DNA of 64,000 nt. Origin: Octopus sinensis. Its lineage: Eukaryota. Made by a program: the position numbers and the translations under genes. Where the stretch lies: the NCBI RefSeq assembly GCF_006345805.1, contig NC_042999.1, forward strand, positions 104,594,001 through 104,658,000. Reading direction: 5' to 3'. Each line of letters begins with the position of its first letter. Positions within the stretch are counted from its first letter, which is position 1. The notes under the pieces were generated by a model, which had not been told where the DNA came from, did not search any database, and worked only from the letters and a program-made list of their open reading frames with translations. This document shows positions 53,101 to 64,000 of this stretch, piece by piece.

Positions 53101-54339
53101 CATAGAGACTAGGTCACAGTCCTAAAGTATATGAGCAAATACAACTTCAAATATACGAAGAGTATAGTTGAAGTAGATATATCCCCTGTTTGTTATGTTT
53201 GCCAGCCCAAAAAGTATGCTTTAAATGACGAACAGAATATGCGAATTTTAATGTAAATAATAAAGTATTGAAGTTATTGATGCTAAGCGTTACATAGTAA
53301 ATACACATACGATACATTCTTAATGGTTCACCATGCATTTTCGAAAGGTGCCAAATCTGTGCATTGCATCACAGATCACAGCCATCTTATAAAATATTCA
53401 AAAAGTCAACAGAGGCTACGAAGCATATATTAATCGTAAATTACAATCATAAAATCAATGCACAATTTGTATAATACAGTTATTTAAAGCGCGGTGGATA
53501 TGCAAAATCGGTAGAATCGCTAGGGTGTTGGATACGAATAACAAATATACATAGAATTCATAATTTCGGCCTAGGTGTTAACGAATATTTGGCGCTTGTT
53601 GTTGGTGATCTGATTGGTGATGCACAATCATGCGACATCCTAAACAGATCTATCCTCAAAACCTTACGTCGCCCACCGATACTCGACTGTTATCTTTTGA
53701 CATTTTGATTTGATATACCAATGAAGTTACACTTAAGTGCTTTTCATCCTTCGGTGATTGAATAAATAAAGCTAAACTCAAGTTTTCGAGTAGATATAAT
53801 CAAGTGAACATATTCGATTGGCTTTATGCTAATATCTAAAAAATCAATATTTAAATATTAATAATATTAAAATATTTCAGTTTCATTAAAGCAGTTTCAT
53901 GCTTCTTAGAACGACTCGTAGATATATACAGCGATTCAATCCATTTAGCAATCTGCTTATGAATGTCAGCTTGACCCAGAGTATTCTTTTTAAAGTAATG
54001 TGTTTTTCAAACATCCAATAATTTAAGTTAACTACCATTGTTTAAATTATTAGATTCTATTTACTCAATGTAAACTTGGACATATATTTTGTCACCCCTC
54101 ATGCAATTCTGCTAAATGTTATTATTTCCCAGTTTAGCTGCTAGCTATTAGGGTGGTCTGCGTCTGTTAAAAAAATTGCAATATATTTCAGATTATTATT
54201 TTTCGTTTTAATGAATAAATAATACATACCCGAGCACAGCTATCTAACTAAACACACATAGTATTTCTCTCTTTTTCTCTTTCTTACGCACGCACATACT
54301 ATCTATATAACTATATATTTATGTATCTCACATTATTTA

Positions 54340-54532
54340 CATATATTTATACTTACATATATGTATATTATATGTATGCGTGCATATATAAAATATAATT
54401 TATATATATACATACATATATATATATATACATATACATATATATATATAATATATATAATATATATATATGATTTATTTGCATTAAAATACACATATAT
54501 ACATATATATTTATGTATTGGTTGTTGATATA

Positions 54533-54586
<54 letters not shown>

Positions 54587-54692
54587 ATACATATATATGC
54601 ATTTATATATATACATGTATATATTTAGACATATATGGGAATACATCTACATACATATATATATATATACACATATATACGTGTATATATCC

Positions 54693-54724
<32 letters not shown>

Positions 54725-54871
54725 ATATAGATATGTATATATATGTACGAACGTATGAATGTATATATATATATATACATATATATACATATATGTATAT
54801 ATACATATATATACATATAAAACGATAATTGATGTGCAGCTACATACACCATACACCACATCACACACATC

Positions 54872-54916
<45 letters not shown>

Positions 54917-54943
54917 ACACCATACACACACATCACACACATC

Positions 54944-54982
<39 letters not shown>

Positions 54983-55498
54983 CAGAGATGTGTGTGATGT
55001 GTGTGTATGGTGTATGTAGCTGCACATCAATTATCGTTTTGCGTGTTAGTCTTTAAAATAAATAACATAACATTATATATATATATTTCCCCAATTCGGG
55101 TGGTACTTGTTTTTCTTAAGTCGGAATTGAATCTTAACCATATGTTTGTGTATCCATATTATAGAGCTAAATTATTTTCGTTCTCCTTAACTGCCCATTG
55201 TTAAAACTTTCTTAGTGTGTTCAGCTTTCAATGCCTCTCACCGAAGCTAAATTTGAAATAAATGTATATGGGCTTATCGCAACGTTATTACCATTATGGT
55301 GATGGTAGTAGTTGTTGTTGTCATTGTTTTTGTTATGTTTAGAATTGTTATTGGCTTTGCGATTATCTCCCTCATTCGTTTCAGCATTTTTGAAAATGTT
55401 TAGAATTATATTTATAGTTATGTATTCAGTCACACATTTACACCTACGCACGCATAATTCGCACTATCAAATATTTGCGCGTTATCTGTGTGTGTGTT

Positions 55499-55545
<47 letters not shown>

Positions 55546-55745
55546 ATATATATATATATGTACATATATGTGAGTGTGTGTTTACATATACAAATATACA
55601 TACATATATACACCATGTCCGCACACGCACATGCATATCTGCAGATATATGTGTATATATATGTGTATATATATATGTATATATATGTGTGTATATATGT
55701 GTATATATATGTCAGTGTATGGGTATATACATACATACATATATA
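54340..55745. repeat. (TA)n/(TG)n low-complexity block, including a 222-bp fold-back at 54819-55040
   Basis: AAAACGATAATTGATGTGCAGCTACATACACCATAC... is mirrored at 54975-55040, with an internal direct partial copy at about 54908-54950. Confidence 0.9.
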
Positions 55746-56240
55746 TCTGTCGGGAAAACAGTGTAAATTGAAGAAGAAAGTGAGAAATAGGGAGAGAGAG
55801 AGAAAAAAAAGCTATTGAAATGTGATGCATGAGCATTTGTCTACATGTGAACTCCTATCACGTGTATTCAGTTCATGTAGTCAGGAGCTTGTGATTTGAA
55901 ATGAAATGTAAAGGAAGGTATAGATGCAATATTATAGTAGTGTTTGTCTTTTTATGTTTTCTTAGACCTTCCGGTACTATGATGACAGATGGCTACCAAT
56001 AATTAGGTGATGGCAGTACAGTTCATGTTTGACTGAAATTGTTGCATGCTTATACCTGGAGGGTAATTACTTACAAACGGAGAAAGTGAGAGAAAGAGAG
56101 AGTGGGAGAGAGAGAGTGAGAGTGAGAGAGGGAGAGAGAGGGGGAGAGAGAGAGAGAGAGAGGAAGATAGAGACTTAAAGAGAGAAGGGGAGAGAGAAAA
56201 GGGGAGAGAGGTAGAGAGAGGTGGAGAGAACTAGAGAGAA

Positions 56241-56303
<63 letters not shown>

Positions 56304-56460
56304 AAGAGATAATATAACCATATATACATACATACATACATATGCACACATATATTATACACTTATATTCATATTTACTGATACAAGCACACAAGCACAC
56401 ACATACACAGACACAGAGTATGCGTATATATACGTGTATGTTTTTGTGTATATATATATA

Positions 56461-56509
<49 letters not shown>

Positions 56510-56515
<6 letters not shown>

Positions 56516-57050
56516 TAATCCAAACAAGAAAACACAGAAAAAAACACAGCAACGCGAGGACGTGGAACAATTAAAGTATTATTTGACGCTCAGGAAAGAA
56601 GGGAAGGAATATATATATATGGATTTGTGTGTGTGCGCGCACGTGAGGCATTGCAATACAGATAATCACTTGTTAGGACTTAATATGTTTATGCTTTAGA
56701 TTAAAGTGAAGGTGATTATGTAACTCCTATTCCTTTATCATTCATTAAATGATATATATATTTGGAACGTCCGACTATATGATGGGATATGTTTTCAACA
56801 AGGCGTCTGGAAAATAGGACAGAATGACGGTTGAAAGTGCTGTTATTCTTCGTTTTTATTTCTAGGTTATCTTTGATCGTGCAGGTTGAATATGAAAGAT
56901 AGTCACACTTAAGACTATATCGCATTCTTGTATATCTTGGATATAAACATGTGAATCATGATTGCGTGTATTCTTTTCTAAAATGAGTTTAGAGTCTTAT
57001 TTGAGTGGATTTTAGTTGGTCTTTTAGTTGGCGACGGTTGATGAAGAGTT
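56510..57050 (-). mobile_element. Penelope-like remnants (pseudo-LTR tip at 56510-56610 and decayed linker)
   Basis: (TA)n-abutting AAGGTTAATCCAAACAAG...GACGCTCAGGAAAG, plus a weakly PLE-like minus ORF at 56716..56925. Confidence 0.35.
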
Positions 57051-57166
57051 ATTTTGATAGGCCTTAGGCAAACGCTTTAAATAATCTGGAAATTGAGAAG
57101 CAGATCTTATCGTGTTTCAATAAAATTTAGGATAAATTACTCAAATATGTATTGCAATAATACTGG

Positions 57167-57340
57167 CATGGGTGTGTGGCTAAACATTTTGCTTAACTAC
57201 CATGTAGTTTTGGGTTCGATTCTTCCGAGTGTTACATTGGGCAAGTGTCTTTTGTAATAGCTGTGGTATGACCTTGTGAGTAGAATTTGGTTAGCAAAAC
57301 TACAGACTCACATTATGTGCGTATGTTTGTTTGTGTGTGT
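57167..57340 (+). mobile_element. Degenerate CORE-like SINE
   Basis: GGCATGGGTGTGTGGCTAAAC...GGGTTCGATTC...TGGGCAAGTGTCTT...CCTTGTGAGTAGAATTTGGT; homologous to 41800-42178. Confidence 0.75.
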
Positions 57341-59427
57341 GTGTATGTGTGTGTATACTTCACTGTATCTCGGTGAAGGATATAAAGAACGGTGAAAAAC
57401 CGGTTCTCTTTGATCGAAGTCCGCTAATTTACAAACGCTTAATTGTCATTTTAATTGTTATAGAAGCAAGCAACTCGTATGTTCATCGTATGTATCTGTA
57501 ATGAACTTTGCGTTGCAGTGACCCATACACTGACATATTGGATTCCTCTTTGCATTCTAAATATCTGTTGAGGCTATTATTCATAAACGCTTTAATAATT
57601 CTTCAAACACTCGTGAATTCAAATATAATAAAGATATAATTTCTCTGATCCTGGTGACCGCCACAATTAGAAATCATAATCAAATTTCTCCTAATTCGTA
57701 AATTAGAAGGCTGATACTGTAGAAGTTTTGAGCAAGAGAGTAGAGATAAGTATTTGGCGGCCAAATTAGTGGTATAGCCTTTCGTTTATGTCATTCAAGC
57801 CTTTGTATAAGAGTAACTTTAACTACAGAAATTCTGATAATTCAGCACATATTATCTGGTGATAAATCTATCTTATCCTTATAGTGCTGTTACATTTCGG
57901 GAATAACTTGGACTTTATGATTATCTCCATCCAACGCCATCATTTCAAATGCGATTTCAAGCAACAGTGATGAGCCAGTATGGTTATAACTCCATGTTAG
58001 CATTGCAGAAAAAGAAAAAAAAAAGACTATAGAATTACAAACTTTCTTATCTACTGCTGTGTTTATCTGTTACTTTGACTCTGAACTATTGTGTTTAATA
58101 ATTTTATTCTCAGATTAGTAAAAAGAACATTGTAGAAAATGATATCCATTTGGTTTTTAATTTTATTTTATATTGTTTTAAAAACCCGTCCAAGTCTTTA
58201 AAAATAAGAAAAAAAACTATCGCGATAGACATTTGCTTTTGATTCACTTTGGGACTGAACTTGCATAATAATTCAATTTAAACTTGTCTACTAGTTGACG
58301 ACTGTCTACAAACTGAAAACATTATTTTAAAGTCTCATCTGAGACCACATCACCTGAGATTAAGCATCATTTCCCCAAGGGAATATGTTATGTCTTATCA
58401 TTTTAAAAGAAATAGATCGATAAAATACGAGAGACTAATTTGCAAATAATCGAAAAAGCGAAAGACGTAACAGCTGTAATAACCGTCAATAAAAATAAAC
58501 ACATACCGGCCGGATATAGTTACCCATATCTCCTTAGAAGCGTTCTCTGCAGCTAAAAAGAAAGCAATGAGCTGTATTTAGTAGAATGTCCTCACTATAT
58601 TAAACCTTAAACAGAAACAGAGTGATCACATTCTTGAACACAGAATCATCGCTCTGCTTTATCAAAACTGATCTAGGACTGAGTATCGTTATGAAGAGTA
58701 ACAACATCATGAAAACGCTGACAAAAACAACAGCATCTGTAGTAATGACAAAAACAGCAAATATTATATACAAAAATTGTAACGAATATTTGAGAACAGT
58801 AAAACTTGCCATAAAAAAAAACGACAGGTGACCGTAAATACAAAAGCAAAACAAAACAGAAACGACACTGGAAATTAAAAATCCTAATACTGATTGGTTT
58901 ATTGTGTCATTATTTAATATTTTGTTTACCTGCATTCTGTTAAGAGGAAGGTACTCAGGTAGGATAACCACACCACTTTTTAAGTTATGAAAAACGAAAC
59001 CCAATAGAATTTTCGTGTAGGAGTAATAAGTGAAATGTCCGAATTGGGATTTACAATTACATCTGAGTGGCGGACTCAGATGAAACATTTATCATTATTA
59101 AAAAGTAGGCCACCAAGAAATATGGATAACCACTAAAAATTAATCCCATGACCTGAAGAGGACACTAAATATACACATCTACTTACAACGTTCCTCGGAT
59201 AGGAATAAATTCTAAACAATTACATAACCTCCAAATCTTAATAAAATAAAAATTTCTCCAAAACACCCCACCATAACAACTCACTCTACAGCCTAATTAA
59301 TACTCTTCTCAAACCCATATTCCCAATGAGACTATATAAAAGCCAAGATTTACTTCACAGCTTCGCTATCCAATGATGGCTTAGCTGGCCAAAACTTCGA
59401 AGTCACTATAAATTATATTCTTGCTTA

Positions 59428-59610
59428 ATAATGATGATGATGATGATGATAATAATAATAATAATAATAATAGTAATAGTAATAATAATAATAATAATAA
59501 TAACAATAATAATAATAATAATAATAATAATAATTATACTGATAATAATAACAATAATGATGATGATAACAACAACTACAACAACGACAACAACAACAAT
59601 AATAATAATA
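59428..59610. repeat. (AAT)n/(GAT)n/(AAC)n compound array
   Basis: Direct observation; lies immediately 5' of a Dong copy. Confidence 0.95.
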
Positions 59611-60732
59611 GGGAAAACTATTCACAAAAATTGAGACAGAAATGGACCGTCCAGTCCAGTCTGTGCGGATTTTTCCCAATGATATTAAGGTGGATTTTGG
59701 ACTCTCAAATGTGCTACGATGGTGATGAAATAAGAAAAGCTTGCCAGGACATAAGACATGGTTGCCAAGTGGTGAAATGATGCAGATGAAAGCAAATTGA
59801 GGAAGGGGACTGATAATTGTGGAAGACTGCATGCGTATCGAACTCGAGAGCTTAATGAGATACCTAGCCCAAAGTAAGGAAACCTTGCTAGTGTCAGTTA
59901 GGAACGAGAGAGTATTGAAAGCAGAGAAAAAGAGAAAACAAAGGAAGACGTACAAAAAGGACATGAAGAAGAATTACGGAAGAAGGGATTACTCAATCAA
60001 TTTCATGTAGCCATAACAGAAGTTGCTGGAAAAAAATAGGTGGGATTGGCTGATGAAAGGGACCCTAAAAAGAGACTGAGAGTACTATACTGGCAGCGCA
60101 AGACCGAGCTTTGGTCACGAACTGGAGGGTCAACCTTAGGAATGAATGCCCTAGACTGCCCCAAACCACTACAAGGTGTGGCGACACGATCACGTAGCGA
60201 AAGTGCTCCACTGGAAAATGTGCGTAAAGTGGGGGCTAGAGAGAGAGTCAAGACGTGATATAAGTACAAACCGCAGAGAGTGGCGGAGTCGAAGACTATC
60301 AAAATCCTCTGGGATTTCCCAATCCAAACAGATCGGATGCTACAACATACCAGATCGAACCTAGTGGTGGTGTCAGGGTGCACCACATATGTTGTATAGT
60401 TAATGCTGCATGCCCCTTTGACCCACAAATGGTCACGAAGGGAGGCGAAAAGATAGATACAACCCTCTTACGTACGAAATAGCCAGCCTATGGAAAATGA
60501 AGAATGTCAATTATTGTTGGGTCCTTGGGAACAGTATCAAAAGCATCAAGAGAAATATAAATAAATTTGAATAGTGTGTCCAGTAGAACTGTTACAAAAG
60601 GTTTGGCTCAAAACCTTAAAAAAATTATAAGAAAGCTGAAAAGTGCGAATAGCACGGTACCGTAGGCTGCAGGTAGTAAGCCTGCTACGCATGCAAGACT
60701 CCAGGAGTTCCAACAAAATCTGTGATAAAGAG
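59611..60732 (+). mobile_element. Degenerate Dong/R4 copy with internal deletions
   Basis: GRGLIIVEDC, WLMKG, RHDHVAKVLHWKMC, LWDFPIQTDR, IVGSLG. (AAT)n on both sides. Confidence 0.88.
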
Positions 60733-60784
<52 letters not shown>

Positions 60785-61417
60785 TAATTATTATTTATTT
60801 ATTCATTTACATATTATACCATAGCATTTACAATCGATATATAATAAAATTCTCATTCTCGGCAATGCCAAACTTAGTATTCCATTACTCAAACATTAAC
60901 AAATATGCAAGATACAATCATCATTGTGTTAAACTTAGATATGGGTGTATACTTATTTATGCATGCTAAGGGTGTTTACATTATATACGCATCTGTGACT
61001 ATGTGCACATTTGTATATACAAGTATTAAAAAGCATATGTGAGAATGAACGGTAATTAACAACGTTACAGACTAAAAGAATGATAAATCATAGTAATAGC
61101 ATGCTGGGACTTCTGGCGCATGATATATTTAGATAAAAATCTTCTTCATTCTAAATACACAATGGCAACACAAATAATACATTTTCCTCTACAATGTCAC
61201 AACATTTCTACCCTCTTTAGTAAGCATGAAATTTATGCCCTTAACTTAATTTTACACAGTTGTAGCTGTCAATATTATGAGACCGTCGGTTGTCCAATAT
61301 GAATATTAAAGATCACTAAAAACAGCAATGCAATCTCTGAAGATCTGAGAATACAATCCATTTATTTCTTGATATGTTTCTGATAGTTTTCATTGTTAAT
61401 GAAAATGCAGTAAGATG

Positions 61418-61644
61418 ACATATATATATATATATATTATATATATATATATATAATATATATGTATATATATATATATACATACATACATATATATTTA
61501 TATATGAATATGTATACATATATATGTATATTTATGTATATGTCTATATATATTTGCATGTATATATATATATATATATATATATCCATATATATACATA
61601 AATATTTATACATATATATATATATACATACATGTATACATATA

Positions 61645-61713
<69 letters not shown>

Positions 61714-61735
61714 TTTATGTGTGTGTATGTACATA
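61418..61735. repeat. (TA)n low-complexity array
   Basis: Direct observation; explains ORFs 61316-61760. Confidence 0.95.
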
Positions 61736-64000
61736 TATAAGAACCGTATGACAAGCACATTTCCGGCCGTGATATTTAAAAAATATAACCCAATTATTGA
61801 TCGAATAAAACCTAAATATCAACTTCCGCCGAATTTGTTTTCATTTCAATTCGTTTTGTATAATTCAGGTGAAAAAGAAATTACACCTAACTTTAAAAAA
61901 AAATGAAGAAGGCTATATCGCTGCACTGGGAACTCATTTTTTTTCAAGAGGTTTTAAATATCTTCCATTTCTATCGTAGTCTAATCTCAAATTAATCTCT
62001 GTTTGACTTTATAACAATATGGGAGCGATGGCAACAATATTTTCGATAGGTTGACAGCTAACGATGTGGACATTTTATTGAACTATTCAGCATTTCTTGT
62101 TCTTTTTTCAAATTTATTTATAAGTAGAATATTTATAAGTAGAATAAATGGCATTCTTACGCACAATATTATTGAAACCCATAGAAATGAAATTGAAATG
62201 GATGAACTAAGCTGAGTTCATTCACCATGTTTGCTATCCCAAAACTCGAAATATCTGGATGGAAAATACAAAATATGTGGAATAAAGAAATCCATAAAAA
62301 TAGAGAAAACCTATCAACAAACCTTTGACAAAACCTATACCTCTGAAAGAAATCTTAGGAGTTATATAATTTAATAAAATGTAATAGAATCAAAAGAGTA
62401 TGAAGTATTTATTTATAACACATGAAATATTAAAATTAGGAAATGCTGTAGTCTTAAGCGTCCGCTGTTTCTAAACAGCGCTGAAATAAATACAGTAAAA
62501 AAAAAAAAGCTACTCATACATTTATACGTTCAATAATAGAAAACTGCTCATATAGAAAACTACTCATAATGCAACCATGCATGTATAAGTTATGGAAATA
62601 ATTATTCAGTTGAAAGCAAAAGTCCTGCCACCAGAGGCTACAACTGTCGATCTGTGGTTATTGTTACATCTATCTAGAAAGCTTCTACGTGGTCGCGCGA
62701 ACTACTGAAAATAATTATAAAATCTCCTTTTAATTTATTTAATAATCTCTCACATTGCAATATGTAGGAATGGTCACGACTAAACAATTTTGATCATTAG
62801 TCTGCTCATTTCGAAAGCATACATAGTTAAACAATAACAGGAAAAACAAGGACAACGAACACTATCCATCAAATATTTCTGATAATATACCATAATATCC
62901 CAACATACCCATTGCATTTCGTCCTTTCTCTGCGATCTACACTAGTTGCGCCCTCATAAACCAACACTAGACCCTCTATGACCAATTTTTCAAAGAAGCA
63001 TCCACTTGGAATTCCCTTTCCCTCCTATTGTCTGTTTTCCTCAAATAATAAACTTTACTAATTCCAGTTGTACATTCAGTATACTAGCTTTATTCAGTTA
63101 TCTCTAGACTAAATTTATGAAAACTGCATCGTCTGATACCAAGTAAAGGAAAGAACTTCCTTATTATTCTTTCCCTATTAACCTGAATTCTTCTTATTAC
63201 ATGAGATGTACTAGAGCGGTGGACACTGTAACTTTTGATTGTCTTCGGGTTCTCTACATTTTGACTTCAAATCCTGCCGAGATCAGTTTTTCCTTACATC
63301 GTTTCGGGGTTGATAAAAATGAAATTGCAATCAAATGCTGGAGATGATGTGATCAACAAAATCCCTTCCCTCATAATAATAGGCTTTGTTTTAAAATGAG
63401 AAACTCTTATGTGAAATATACTAAGAATCCTTATTGTTAAATTTATTCGCGCCAAAAACACTTTGCAATAAACCATTTTAATATAATGATTGTCTGTTTG
63501 ACGTTGAGACCTTTTAAAATCCCTTAATATTTGGGGGCAGAATAGATTGTATGATTAATAAATGTGGTTTTTGGTTCAGTCCTGCGAGGCATTTTGGACA
63601 ACGTTCTACTGTTACATCGGGTTGGTTGAATCGTTTTCGTAAAGGGGATCTGTGTGAAATCCTGACGATAGGATTCTTTCAGTTTTAAAGTAAGAGAATT
63701 AACACGTTGTTCGGTTTAATTCATTTCTCGACTATTGGATCCATTTAGCGGAGTCCATTGTGTTGCAAGCATCCTGGACTATGTCTTTGGTGTGAGGATT
63801 ACTTCATCACTATCTTCCGCTTGAAAAAAGTCATAAGCACTGCTCTTCCTCCTCCAAGCCAGCATAAAAGAACAAAAATCATCCTAATGCAAAAGCTAAT
63901 TGGGTAAAACATTCAAAATACAAAATATAAAAGCTCTATGATATTTGATATCTCAATGCCAGTACATAGTAATTTCTCAACATAGAAGTGCATCCACAAA

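Noticed and set aside
58600-58860. Possible Dong N-terminal fragment (NNIMKTLTKTTASVVMTK)
   Set aside because: The similarity is too weak to call by eye.

Overview
AT-rich eukaryotic DNA, very dense in microsatellites: (TA)n, (TATC)n, (AAT)n, (AC)n and (AG)n. The repeat vocabulary (tRNA-derived SINEs, Dong/R4 LINEs in TAA arrays, Tx1/L1, CR1, Penelope-like and Helitron-like pieces) points by inference to a coleoid cephalopod, most likely an Octopus genome. I find no intact host gene, no real RNA gene and no CRISPR array. Nearly all ORFs in the track are microsatellite read-throughs, antisense shadows, or fragments of decayed retroelements. Supportable content: at least 7 plus-strand Dong/R4 (RT + REL endonuclease) fragments, mostly in (TAA)n; 4 copies of an unclassified ~560-bp element that also ends in (AAT)n; minus-strand CR1, Jockey/I-like and Tx1/L1 remnants; several Penelope-like fragments with fold-back ends; at least 3 SINE families; Helitron-like termini. 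The most interesting observations are (1) a TAA-targeting pair, Dong plus the 560-bp element, including a chimera that suggests Dong RT copies this element, (2) fold-back hairpins including a perfect 160-bp palindrome, and (3) a locally duplicated and partly inverted unit at 4.7-7.0 kb with exon-like features. All family names come from motif recognition by eye, not from database searches, and boundaries of decayed elements are approximate.
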